Source: Octopus vulgaris
Taxonomy: Eukaryota
DNA length: 64,000 nt
Direction: 5' to 3'
Assembly (NCBI GenBank): GCA_951406725.2
Contig: OX597838.1
Coordinates: 23,870,001-23,934,000 of the forward strand
The notes under the pieces were generated by a model. It had not been told where the DNA came from. It saw only the letters and a program-made list of their open reading frames with translations, and ran no database searches. Made by a program: the position numbers and the translations under genes. Positions 14,237-27,775 of the stretch are shown here, piece after piece (within the stretch, counting starts at the first letter, position 1; the number at the start of each line of letters is the position of its first letter).

Positions 14237-14757
14237 CCCTTTAGTGTTTAACCTGGCCATGTCCAGCTGAAATATTCTACAGGTTTTACATTCAAATTGG
14301 CTATATCTAGCCTCTTACACCTAACCTACATCGACATTTAAAAATAAACAATCACATCATTGAAACTTCAATGCTAATAAGATAATGCATGATTAATTCT
14401 AAACAATTTGAGTGAAAAAGCATTACATTTAACAGAGCCCACGGGCATATGGTGTAGTGGTTAAGAGCACAGGCTACTAACCCCAAGATTCCGAGTTTGA
14501 TTCCAAGCAGTGACCTTAATAATAATAATAATGATGATAATGATAATGATAGCATCAAAAATTACCTTTGGAATGAGAACCTAGGTTTGAAATTTCCCCA
14601 AGACACCTGATGAAGGCTAGAGGGTATATCAGCTGAAATGTGTTAACAACAAACACGATGAGGACAAATATCCGTCAGATGTAAATAATGTATATAATTC
14701 CTCATCTCTTAAATATAGAACTGTAGTATTTAACAGAGCGATCTGAACACTAAAGGG
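14237..14757. mobile_element. piggyBac-type MITE
   Basis: Perfect 12-bp TIR CCCTTTAGTGTT / AACACTAAAGGG, flanked by TTGA and TTAA. Confidence 0.85.
14439..14727 (+). mobile_element. tRNA-headed retroposon carrying a hammerhead motif
   Basis: A box TGGTGTAGTGG, B box GAGTTTGATTCC; GACAC-CTGATGA-A-GGCT..AGCT-GAAA-T-GTGTT at 14602-14644; 12-bp TSD ATTTAACAGAGC (14427-14438 / 14728-14739). Confidence 0.75.
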
Positions 14758-15647
14758 TTAAATCACACCCTATTGGTTAGAAACAAGGAGGAGCACATTG
14801 GACATTGTAGTCCTACATATACATTAAACCCCTTAGATGAGATGGTTATGTCTCAAATGCTCTTGGTCATAGGTCTGTTTGATTAAGGTTGACCTGGGGC
14901 TAAACAACACGACCACCACCAATAAGAACAACAACAACAGTGCCTACAACACCACCAACAACAACAACAGATTACTGTAGCTATCAATTGTCTGCCAGTC
15001 GACTTAATGCCATCCATTTATAGAAGTTATTAACTGAAGTAGTTCTATTAGCTACAACAGAAATGACTGTTACCATGGCGAAAGCTTGTTTTTTTTTTTT
15101 TTGTCTTTTTTCAAAAGACCTTAATGACGATGCCATCATCATCATCATCATCAACATCACTGTTTTAACAATCCACTTTCCACCTTCCTGGTGATCCTAC
15201 AAACATAATGCCAATAGGCTGTCCTTACTCTCCTACCCCGACATATATAACATCCCTGGTGATCCCGTATATGTAACAGTGTTGATATTTTTCAACTGTG
15301 ATAACAAACAACACTAACAAAATTATTAATTTCTTTGACTTTGGTCAATAAGTATTATTTCCTACGAGCTGACCACGTGCCATCAAAAATGACGGCTACT
15401 TGTAGTATTTTATATATAAATAAGGTTCATAATAATCACACATACAAACATTCACAAGCTTCCCTTGTACACGCACACACATATACTCACACAGAGTTGA
15501 AACACTGGCTTTTTCTTTTTCACCTCATCCTTCCTCTCATTGCTATTACTTTCTCTCACTTCCTCTCGGTCAGGGCTATTACTCTCACTACTTCTCCTTC
15601 ACTGAATTACTAATTACTCTCCTCCTCCGTGTCCGGCATGATTCTAG

Positions 15648-15714
<67 letters not shown>

Positions 15715-17056
15715 CACTACGCTCATTATTATATTAGGATAATATAATATTATATTAGGATATTATATTATTATATTATGCTTCTAGCTAGAAATCAAAG
15801 GAAATGACTGCTATTCCCTTCAAATTTTGCTTTTGTCACGTGAACATCAATGTCTTGAAACTGACCTATTCTCCATTACATTTCAGACAGATTCAGTGCT
15901 GAGTTGCTGAAGCAGAAATATCATTACCACAGATTTGCTTGTCAGTTGCTTGACCTTAACCACTTGAGCATGTCCCTTAGTGGCTGACAATATATACATC
16001 TCTGATGATGAGCAGGAGTAGTGGAGGAGCATCGTAGCCATGTGTTGAGAGGGATTCTTTGGGGGTTGAATAAATGTAACAAAAGCAAACTTTGAAGGAA
16101 ATATTAGCCATTTTTCATACTTTTTAGGGTTAAGTGAATAGGAAATAACAGCTGGCATCCAAGGACAAAAACTGTGTCACACTGTGTAATCCCTGATGGT
16201 GATCATATACACACGCAACGCCAAAGATGACCATTCTCTGGCCATACCATCTTATACCTTTTACTTGTTTCAGTCACTAGACCGTGGCCATGCTGGGGCA
16301 TCACCTTGATGACCTTTTAGTCAAATGAATTAACCCCAGTACTTATTTTTTGATGAGCGTGGTACATATTTTATCAACCTCTTTTGGCCAAACTGTTAAG
16401 TTATGGGGACGTAAATAAACCAACACCAGTAGTCAGGTGGTGGTGGTGGGGAGACAAGTACCTGTGCAAGCAGTGCAACCAAATGATGAAAACATGGTTA
16501 AGGTGTTGGACTCATAATTGTAAGATTGTGGTTTCGATTCCTGGATCAGGCAACACATTGTGTTCTTGAGCAAGACACTTCATTTCACGTTGCTCCAGTC
16601 CACTCAGCTGACAAAAATGAGTAACCCTGTGACAGACTGGTGTCCTGCCTGGGTGGGGAATATATACGCTGGAAAACTGAGAAACTGGGCCTTATGAGTC
16701 AGTATGAAAAGAGAAGGTAAATTTACCATTGCCTTACTCTATATACAGGCTCAAGACATTCATTTTGTAACCATGTGGTTTCAGGTTCAATCTCACATTA
16801 TAAAGGGGGCGGAATGCAGACACAAAGGACATATTGTATAACTCTTTACTCTTTTACTTGTTTCGGGCATTTGACTGTGGCCATGCTGGAGCACCGCCTT
16901 TAGTCGAGCAAATCGACCCCAGGACTTATTCTTTGGAAGCCTAGTACTTATTCTATCGGTCTCTTTTGCCGAACCGCTAAGTTACAGGGACATAAACACA
17001 CCAGCATCGGTTGTTAAGCGATGTTGGGGGGACAAACACAGACACACAAACATATA

Positions 17057-17114
<58 letters not shown>

Positions 17115-17677
17115 AGGCTTTCTGTCTACCAAATCCACTCACAAGGCTTTAGTAGAAGACACTTGTCCAAGGTACCACACAGTGGAACTGAACCCGGAAC
17201 CATGTGGTTGGAAAGCAAACTACTTATTACACAGCCATATATATGTGTAAGTATCACTGTTTGGTTAAGAAGCTCATTTTGCAACCATGTGGTTTTTGGT
17301 TCAGTTCTACTATGCAACACCTTGGGCAAGTGTTTTCTACTGTAGCCCCAGGCTGACCAATACTTTGTGAGTGAATTTGGTAGGCAGAAACTGTGTGGAA
17401 ACCTATTATATGTGAGTGTATACATACATACTCACACACACACACACACACTCTAATATGAGTATTCTCATCCTAAATGGAAACAAGTACCAGCACTTCC
17501 ACATGACACACTTAGATAATTGTGAAGATCTTTACACATAAAACCATTGGTTGGCATCTTAACACACAAATGAAGTGTATGCATATATGTGTGTGTGTCT
17601 GTGTATCAACATACATGCATTTGTGTGTGTATATATGTGTGTGTGTATGTATGTATACACACACACATATACATATA

Positions 17678-17708
<31 letters not shown>

Positions 17709-18306
17709 CTTTGTGTGTTTATATATATATATATATATCTTTGTGTGTGTCATTCTGTCTGTATTTGTCACATATACACATGCGCACTAACACATGATAA
17801 GTAGTGTTGGTCTGTTTAACTTAACAGTTCAAGGGAAGAAACCAACAGAATAAGTGTCAGACTTCAAGAAAAAAATATAAAAAACAAAAAACCCCAGAGA
17901 AAACACGGGATAGATTTGTTTCATTAAAACCCTTCAAGGCAGTACCCCAGCATGGCCGCAGTCCAATGACTGACAAAATATAAAAGTTGAAAATGTTAAA
18001 AATAAAAAAAAAACAAAAAACGAAATAAGAACAAAGGAAAGGAAAAAAATTTTTTTTTTTTTTTTTTTTTTAAATATAAGTCTGGCAATCTAAACAATGG
18101 CATTGAGATTTGGATGGAAATGGTAAACAGAGAACAGAAATAAGATTTCCGATGCTGAACAATGGAAATGTTTACCTAATTACAATCGAGATCAATATTG
18201 CTAAGCAAAGAAGAATATACGATGTAAACTATGTCAAACATGTTAAGGAATTTCTTTCTCGGACATTCTGAATGGCATAATCAATGTGAAAGAATAATAC
18301 GTGTGC

Positions 18307-18346
<40 letters not shown>

Positions 18347-18467
18347 GTGGATGTATGCATATGCAGGCAAACAGACAGGCACACACGTATAAACGTATGC
18401 ATATGCGAACATATGTATACATGTTTTTATGTATGCACACACACATATACATAATCATTATATACAA

Positions 18468-18502
<35 letters not shown>

Positions 18503-18629
18503 CACGCAAATACATATACACACATTGTATATATTTGTGTATATGTATATTTCTATGTATATAATGTGTAAGTATATGTATGTGTGCACATGAAATATAC
18601 ATATATATATATACATATGTGAGCGAACA

Positions 18630-18666
<37 letters not shown>

Positions 18667-20179
18667 GCACACATTATACAGACATATACATGGTTATATG
18701 CTTATATATACATATACCTGGTTATATACATACATTACACACATTATGAGTGTGTGTGTGTAAAAACAGCTAACATCCAACTTTTTATGGATGGATAGTT
18801 AGATTAAAAATTGCACAATTAACACAAGCAAAACATTACGAAGTTAAAAAGAGACAAGCAAACCAACAAAACCCATGTTCACAGAAAGCAGTTGCCTGGA
18901 AAAGCAGGGAAATACAAAGCAAAACTACAACAACCAAAGAAGTGTACAATGAAGATAAATATATCAAAGGAAGGAACAGAAAAGAATGTAATGTTTCAGG
19001 TGATATCTTTATCAAAGAGAAGAAAAAGGATTAAAAGAAGAAAGAGAAAAAGAAATAAAATACAATGCTTTTCTGAGCTAATACTGCTTCCAATACTAAT
19101 AAACTTTTAACTGGCCTGTTAGCTATTTTTAACACCAGTGATTTGTTAATCACTGTTTTTCTATATCAGTAGAGGCTAAATCTATCTAAGCATGCATTTG
19201 CTAATAGATACATGCTATTGACAATGCTCAAAGACACAGAAATGTATATTTAACAATTCTACTGCTATTGCTGATATACTTCTGTGCTTTTCAGCACTAT
19301 ATGTCTACGCATGATCTTTACTCAAAATGAATACTGCAATTGCTTGGCCTGGCCTTGCACAATACATCCACATTATCCCTTTAGTATTTCAATCGGCCAT
19401 ATCTGGTCAAAATATTCTCTGTTTTATGTTCAAACTGGCCAGGCCCTGGCTATCACACCTACCCTACAATGTCATACACACACATATATATATATACATA
19501 TATAAACATATATATACATACATATATACACACACATATATATATGTGTTCCTTTTTTACCCACAAGGGGCTAAACACAGAGGGGACAAACAAGGACAGA
19601 CAAACGAATTATGTCGATTAAATCGACCCCAGTGCGTAACTGGTACTTGATTTATCGACCCCGAAAGGATGAAAGGCAAAGTCGACCTCGGCGGAATTTG
19701 AACTCAGAACGTAGCGGCAGACGAAATACTGCTAAGCATTCCGCCCGGCGTGCTAACGTTTCTGCCAGCTCGCCGCATACATACATACACATATATGAAG
19801 ATACATATGTAGGCTACGATTGGTATTTCACCGGTGGTGCTTTGGCTGCTAGCGCACAACCTCTACATGATTTTACACAAATTTTCAATGTGACAGTCCA
19901 TTCTCAGCCAATGCACATAACTCCTCATTAAGGCTTTCATTCTCGACATTCCCATGTATCCACTGTGGAATCCCTGCAATACTCACTCTGTCATGCAGTT
20001 GGTACTACCACTCTGTGCATACATTAAAACACTGTTGCATCAGCAAAAATTATCCAAATTTGTGTTTTTTTTTATTTTGCTTATTTTGCAACATTTCTTT
20101 CATTCTTGTAATGTGATTATCCTCTGCAGATTTCAATTTTATATCATGCGCTGTCACTGGCAGTTTGTGAATAACATTA

Positions 20180-20575
20180 CGCAGGAGTGGCTGTGTGGTA
20201 AGTAGCTTGCTTACCAACCACATGGTTCCGGGTTCAGTCCCACTGCATGGCACCTTGGGCAAGTGTCTTCTACTATAGCCTCAGGCCGACCAAAGCCTTG
20301 TGAGTGGATTTGGTAGACGGAAACTGAAAGAAGCCCGTCGTGTATATGTGTGTGTGTGTATATGTTTGTGTGTGTGTTTGTCCCCCTAGCATTGCTTGAC
20401 AACCGATGCTGGTGTGTTTATGTCCCCGTCACTTAGCGGTTTGGCAAAAGAGACTGATAGAATAAGTACTGGGCTTACAAAGAATAAGTCCCGGGGTCGA
20501 GTTGCTCGATTAAAGGTGGTGCTCCAGCATGGCCGCAGTCAAACTGACTGAAACAAGTAAAAAGAGAAAGAGAAA
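20180..20575 (+). mobile_element. Full-length tRNA-derived CORE-like SINE nested in the Gypsy relic
   Basis: GCAGGAGTGGCTGTGTGGTAAG...GGTTCAGTCCC...ACCTTGGGCAAGTG; tail GGTGCTCCAGCATGGCCGCAGTC..TGAAACAAGTAAAA. Many other copies in the window (e.g. 12545-12930, 16845-17235). Confidence 0.85.
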
Positions 20576-22018
20576 GATAACGTTTTTAATTAATTTTTTT
20601 CTTCAATTCAGCTGCTGAGATCTCTTCACTGGTGGGGGAACCATTTAATTTTTTTACAGTACCAGCTTATTGGGAGATCCCAAAAATCAAATAACTCCAA
20701 CCAATCAGTAAACAAACAAATTGGTTGCTCTCTTTACAACAAAAAATTTCGCCTTGCAAGTTTTTCCTCAAACTGTGATATCATTCCACATTTTGCCTAC
20801 AAAGTGTAGTTTGTCACCTGTCATACCATGTGTAGTTTTCGCTGTTTTTCTTAACATAGGTCTCCCTATTTTCTTCCATGTGTTGGTGTTAATGATTGAA
20901 GTATCACTACCTGTATCCAGTTGTAATTTTATATTTACTCCATTTATTTTACAGGTACAAATTTCCTTATTTGGGAGTCAATTTTACTTTCTGCTGAGAG
21001 CACTTTGGAATTTTTAACATTTGACCCTTGTAGTTTTGTTCTGCAGTGTGAACTCTTGTGTCCAAATTTTTAACAGCTGTAACATTTTTGGTTTTTAAAA
21101 GGACAATCTTTTCTGAAATTCAGGCCTCCACATCCATAACATGGATTAGGACCTAGCAATCTTCTTTGGTTACACTTTCTTGGTCAACATATCAGTATTT
21201 TTGCAAAATCCGTTTTTTGAATTTTTTTTATATCATGTTTCAGGTTTACTATACTTTGATACTCTTCTGCAACAGTCTGCAAGTTTCAATCTTGGTCGTT
21301 GCTTCAAGTTTTGAAAGAATTCTTGCCCGTATTTCTGTATCTTCATTTGCTGTAAGGCCCTGTACAAAAACGAAGAGTTAAAACATCTCAGGGGTAAGTT
21401 CTTCAAGTTTAAAACTTTTACACATTCTGTTGACTGTTTCTGCATATATAATAAAGTCATCATCCTCTTTTTTATTAAATTCCAACACTCCATTCGAGTA
21501 TTAAAGAAAGAAGTTTTATCACCGAATATGTCAGATAGTAATTTGATTGTTTCCTGAAAAAAAATTTCACAAGACTTTTTGGGTAATATGAAACTACAGT
21601 GTTGTTCACACTCAGATGAAGCTAATTTATGTAATAATAACCTTACTTTTACTTCGTCTGACCATGTCTTACAATCTTCCTTAAAAATCTCCTTGTACCT
21701 TCTACATTGCAAAAGTTATACCCTCTTCTGGGGCATAACTGAATTCCATAATCGAGTTCAATATGCTGTCTGGTGAAAATGAACTTAACGCATTTACAGA
21801 CTTCCTTGCATAGAGTTCCAATAATTGTTGTTGTTTTAGTTGTTGCTGTTCTAGTTGCTTCTGCAAATCCTGTTGCTGTTCTTGTTGTTGTTTTTGCAAC
21901 TGTATTATAAAAGCTAATAGGTCTTCCATCATTTAACAAGTCGTATCACTAACAAATTGTTGAATAACCTACGTGAGCTTCAAAACCCTCATCGCCACAT
22001 GTATCCTCCGTCTCCAAA

Positions 22019-22285
22019 TGTCACGGTACTGCCACGATATTGTGATGGATGGTTTAGATACACTGTACCAGTGATGTAACAAGAAGCAAGATAATGAGGC
22101 AGCCATAATAACGATGTAATGATCCAACAACTAATATTCCCCAACGAACGAATCAGCCACAATCTTCCGACTTCACTGCGAACTCTGCTTGAACTAACAC
22201 ACATTTTCACTCTGACCACTACTATTTATAAACACTTAGTCCAGTCCAATTCTTGCAAGAGCGCATTGTGACTCACATCACAACA
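22019..22285 (-). repeat. 5' LTR of the Gypsy relic
   Basis: TG...CA termini on the minus strand, TATAAA inside, followed 2 nt later by a TGG-starting PBS-like motif. Confidence 0.7.
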
Positions 22286-22320
22286 ATATACATACATACA
22301 TATACATATATATATGTATG

Positions 22321-22351
<31 letters not shown>

Positions 22352-23150
22352 CATCATCATCATCATCATCATTTAACGTCCGCTTTCTATGCTAGCATGG
22401 GTTGGACGGTTCAACTGGGGTCTGGGGAGCCCGAAGGCTGCACCAGGCCAGTCAGATCTGGCAGTGTTTCTACAGCTGGATGCCCTTCCTAACGCCAACC
22501 ACTCCGAGAGTGTAGTGGGTGATTTTATGTGCCACCGACACAGGTGCCAGACGAGGCTGGCGAACGGCCACGCTCGGATGGTGTTTTTATGTGCCACCGA
22601 CACAGGTGCCAGACGAGGCTGGCGAACGGCTACGCTCGGATGGTGTTTTTATGTGCCACCGACACAGGTGCCAGACGAGGCTGACGAACGGCCACGATCG
22701 GATGGTGTTTCTTATGTGCCCACAGCACGGAGACCAGTCGATGCGGTACTGGCTACGGCCACGTTCGGATGGTTTTCTTGTGTGCCACCGGCACTGGTAC
22801 CACAAAGATACAAATTCCATTGATCTTCATCTATTTTGATTTGATTTGATTTGATTTTCACTTGCCTCAACAGGTCTTCACAAGTGTCACAAGAAGGAAG
22901 GAAGGTATGCACAGGTGAACTGACAACGTCCCAGGTAGGGGCCACGGGTTATGGCCTGACTAGTCTTGCCGGGTCTTCGGATGATGTTTTTATGTGTCTC
23001 CGACACAGGTGCCAGATGGATGGTGTTTGTTACGTGCCCACAGCACGGAGGCCAGTCGATGCGGTACTGGCTACGGCCACGTTCGGATGGTTTTCTTGTG
23101 TGCCACCGGCACTGGTACCACAAAGATACAAATTCCATTGATGTTCATCT
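22352..23150 (-). mobile_element. (GAT)n-tailed SINE family member with internal 62-bp tandem units
   Basis: GCCACC recurs at 22531, 22593, 22655; minus-strand tail TTGGCGTTAGGAAGGGCATCCAGCTGTAGAAAC...GGACGTTAAA(TGA)n shared with copies at 7665-7940, 24160-24325 and 37960-38275. Confidence 0.8.
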
Positions 23151-23253
23151 ATATATATATATAGAGTTAATCCAAACATGAAAACACAACAACGCGAGGA
23201 TGTGGAACAAATATAGTATTATTGGAGGCTCAGGAAGGAAGGGAAGAAGGAGG

Positions 23254-23288
23254 GTTTTACGTTTCGAGCAAAGCTCTTCATCAGAAAC
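23254..23288 (-). ncRNA. Ultra-minimal type-I hammerhead ribozyme motif
   Basis: Minus strand GTTT-CTGATGA-A-GAGC(ttt)GCTC-GAAA-CG-TA-AAAC: intact core, helix I GTTT/AAAC, palindromic ACGT helix III; lies in a ~190-bp island flanked by (TA)n. Confidence 0.85.
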
Positions 23289-23368
23289 ATAGGAAAAGGA
23301 AAGATTCAGAGAAGAGAAGACGGAGGAAAAAAGACTTGCCAACGGTACAGTCACATTATATATATATA

Positions 23369-23407
<39 letters not shown>

Positions 23408-23429
23408 GTGCATATATATATATATATAC

Positions 23430-23474
<45 letters not shown>

Positions 23475-23535
23475 TATATACGTGCATATATATATACATG
23501 CATACATATATATATATATATATATATACATGCAT

Positions 23536-23566
<31 letters not shown>

Positions 23567-23975
23567 CATACATATATATATATATATATATATACATGCA
23601 TACATATATATATATATATATATATATGTATGCACGTATATATATATATATATATATAAATATATATATGTATTTATACATATATATAAATATATATATG
23701 TATACATATATATATATATATAAATACAGTATTATGAAAATTGGCTACATTTTCATTAATTTCATTAGGCATTGAAAAAGTTTGGTGAGATGCCATCTGA
23801 GGAAAACTGCCCTGGTGAAAAACTTGAAGTAATGAAAAAGAATCCCATTTGAACAATAACACAATAAGATATATTTTCCTCTCCAAGCCATAAGTCATCT
23901 TCATTTTGTTTGTACAACTACTTGGAAAAATAATGTTTTCCTCCCTTTCTCTTTAAATACATATACATATACATA

Positions 23976-24006
<31 letters not shown>

Positions 24007-24547
24007 ATATATATATATATGTATATATATATGTATATATGTATATATATATGTACATATATGTACATATATGTATATATATATACATATATATATATAT
24101 ATACATATATATATACATATATATGTATACATATATATATGTATACATATATATGTCATCATCATCATCGTTTAACGTCCGTTTTCCGCGCTAGCACGGG
24201 TTGGACGGTTTGACCGGGGTCTGGGAAGCCAGAGGCCACTCCAGGCTCCAGTCTGATCTGGCAGAGTTTCTACGGCTGGATGCCCTTCCTAACGCCAACC
24301 ACTCCGCGAGTGGAGTGGGTGCTTTTTATATATATATATACATATATATATGTATATATATGTATACATATATATGTATACATATATATATGTATATATA
24401 TATATATGTATACATATATATGTATACATATATATGTATACATATATATATATACATATATATATGTATATATATGTATACATATATATGTATACATATA
24501 TATATATATATACATATGTATATATATGTATACATATATATGTATAC

Positions 24548-24579
<32 letters not shown>

Positions 24580-24888
24580 GTATATATATATGTATACATA
24601 TATATGTATACATATATATATATATACATATATATATGTATGTATATATATGTATACATATATATATATGTATATATATATATATACACACACATATGTA
24701 TACATATGTATAAAAACATGCATATATACGTATTCATGCATGTATAATTATATATATATATGTGTGTGTGTATGTGTGCATACATATACACACACACACA
24801 TATGCACTCATATATATATATATATATATATACCTACATATACACATGTACTTAAATATACCTACACACACATATATACACATATGTG

Positions 24889-24919
<31 letters not shown>

Positions 24920-24923
<4 letters not shown>

Positions 24924-25180
24924 AGTCTCTCAGGGTTTTTGAAAGGATATTGAAGAGCTGTGGTCACTTGAAACCCATGTTGTTGCAGTATCTGGTTCTG
25001 TATCCTGTTGGCAATGTTGGGATTTTTGGTACTATGCAGTGCCACCTCATTCTACTGTTTGTGTAACTTTGAATGCCAAAGTTTGGCATAAGATGTTCTA
25101 GGATTTTCCAGATATATATCACAGTATATCTTTGCTGCCTTCATTCTACGTATAGCAGCTTGACTTTATCTGACCTCTCG
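24920..25180 (-). pseudogene. CR1/L2-group LINE ORF2 C-terminal fragment
   Basis: RQQRYTVIYIWKILEHLMPNFGI...[22 protein letters not shown] resembles the RR.RY..IY.WKI...FN.LP..LR tail of CR1-group RTs. Confidence 0.7.
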
Positions 25181-27775
25181 GTAGCTGACATGTCGCATTG
25201 AAACAAAGAACTTGAAATAGTAATGGACGAAAGCCTCACCTTTGAACATCATTACCATTCTTATCATTTTAATGTTCGTCTTATCATGCTTTGATGGATC
25301 AGGCAGAATTCAGTGAAGCAGATTTCCTATAGCCAGATGTACATCCAGATGCCAACTGTGACCTGTTTCCAAGTGAGGTAATATCTTCTCACGTACAAGA
25401 GATTGAAAATGAATGCCTTTGCTTGTATCACCAACATCATCGTTGTCATCATAATCATTTAATGCCTGTGCCTTGTGCTGGCATTGTTTGAAAGGATTTG
25501 ATGTGTCAAAGGACTGCTTTATTTCTCCACTGTCCACATTTCATTGCTGGAGACCCTTCCTAATGACAAACTTTACAACATGGATTAGGTGCTTTTTATG
25601 TGCCACCTGTACTGTTGTGGTTGCCATAGTGGTCATCCCTCTCATATGTATATGATACAATTTATTGAACTTTCAGATTTTAATATACTAGATCACTGGT
25701 GTTAAATTGATATTAATTAAATTAATATCCAATTTCTCACCCTCATTTTAAATTTATGCATGTGTAGCCTCGTCTGGCACGTAAAAAGCACCCACTACAC
25801 TCACAGAGTGGTTGGCGTTAGGAAGGGCATCCAGCTGTAGAAACATTGCCAGATCAGACTGGGCCTGGTGCAGCCCCAGTTGAACCGTTGAACCCATGCT
25901 AGCATGGAAAGCGGATGCTAAACGATAGATAGATAGATATATATATTTTCATTCTAGCTGAGTAGCTCATTGCTGCCAGGCAATTTTCATGATTGAAAGC
26001 CTTTATTTCATTTTTTTTTTTTGTTTCATGTCAGACCATGTCTTCTCCAATGGATAGGTCTCTTGATCAGGACAGATTTCTACAGTATTTGAAACAATTT
26101 ATAGTGTCTTGATATACAAAGTTTCTGTCAGTCCATTCGGTGTAGAGATGTAAAGGATTTTTCTTTGCTCGCTGCTGATGCTTTGTGAGGGTCCTTCAGC
26201 TCTGTTGCCCTAATAAAATTCCTTACACACATGCATACACACAAAAACACACATACATTCACAGACAGACAGACAGATAGATAAAAATAGATAATGATAG
26301 ATAGATAGATAGATAGACAGATAGACAGACAGATAGATAGACAGACAGATAGATAGATTAAGATAGATAGATTAAGATAGATAGGTAGATAGATAGATGG
26401 ATAGATAGATAGATGGATAGATAGATAGATGGATAGATAGACAGATAGATGGATTAGATAGACAGACAAACACATACATACATAGACAGGTAGACAGATT
26501 TACCTCCTTAAAGGAAACTATATCTCCATTGCAACACTTTTCCATTTTCCCATAGTAGGTTTAAGAATGGGTTCAAAAACAGGAAAGACAGCGAAAACAT
26601 TCAAAATAGAAGCCAAAAGACAAGGTACCAGGTTTCACAAAGTGCAATGAAATGTCTCTTGAATCTTCTTGATATAACTTCTATAAATACCTGCTTCCAC
26701 ACTTAGTTGAAATTCCACAAACAGGTAGGTTTATAAATAGCTATTGAAAGATGATCAAGAACTTTTCCATTTAAGAATTCTAAGTAGTCGATAAACCCTG
26801 CCAAGCACCTATTAATAAAGTAAATGGAATCTGAACTGGATAAGTCTTTTCTATATGTGGTATCTACTGTCTTTGAATTGGATTTCATGAGTCAAAGATA
26901 GGTAGACAGATGGATATAAAGATAGAGAGAGATAGGTGGATGAACTGATAGATAGATAGATACATACATACATACATTCATACATACATGGACAGACAGA
27001 AATAGATAGACAGATAGATAGATACATACATACATACATACATACATACATACACGGACAGATAGAAATAGAAGAAATAGATAGACAGATAGATAGATGG
27101 ACAGACAGAAATAGATAGACAAACAGAAATAGACAGACAGACAGACAGATAGATAGATAGATGGATTGATAGATAGATAGATAGATTGACAGACAGACAG
27201 ATAGATAGATTGATAGACAGATAGATTGGTAGATGATAGGTAGATAGATATATAGAGAGGGAGAGAGACAGACAGACAGAAAGATAGATACAAAGAAAAA
27301 TAGATAGCTAGACAGGCAGATATACAGAGATATTGATATAGAGAGACAGAGATTGATATATAGAATTTTTTTCTTGTTTTTGTTAGCAAAGTTAGATTGA
27401 GTGGATCTCAGGTATCGACTGATGTGAGGGTGGAGGGAGGGAAAAAATTTTGCAGTTACGTATTCACAACATAATTTCTTTAATTCAGAGGACAGTTTAA
27501 CCTTCCACTTCACCATTTACTATGTTAAGTAGCGGCAACATCGAAGAAAAGATTAACTAACAGGATTAGCTATATATCTCCATAAATACACACACTAATA
27601 CATGCGTATCACTATATCTAACTGCAGTTAGTCTTGGTCATCTTACAATTTTAATCAAACTTCGCATCACATTTGTATGGCTGTGTGGTTAAGAAGCTTG
27701 ATTTGCATCTACGTGGTTTCAGATTCAGTCCCATTGTGCAGTACCTTCAACACGTTTTCTATTATAGGCCCAGGC

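Larger units (their letters stand above)
19810..22285 (-). mobile_element. Gypsy-type LTR retrotransposon relic (5' LTR, PBS, gag, protease, integrase Zn finger; RT/RNase H largely deleted)
   Basis: gag-like KVRLLLHKL..ILPKK..FQETIKLLSDIFGDKTSFFNTR; knuckles CYGCGG and CYSC.KFGHKSSHC; protease LQLDTGSDTSII (~20890-20940); integrase-like FHSGYMGMSRMKALMRSYVHW..KSCRGC (~19850-19975). Confidence 0.88.

Noticed and set aside
23790-23835. CTGAGGA...GAAA hammerhead candidate
   Set aside because: Weak helix II and no helix I.
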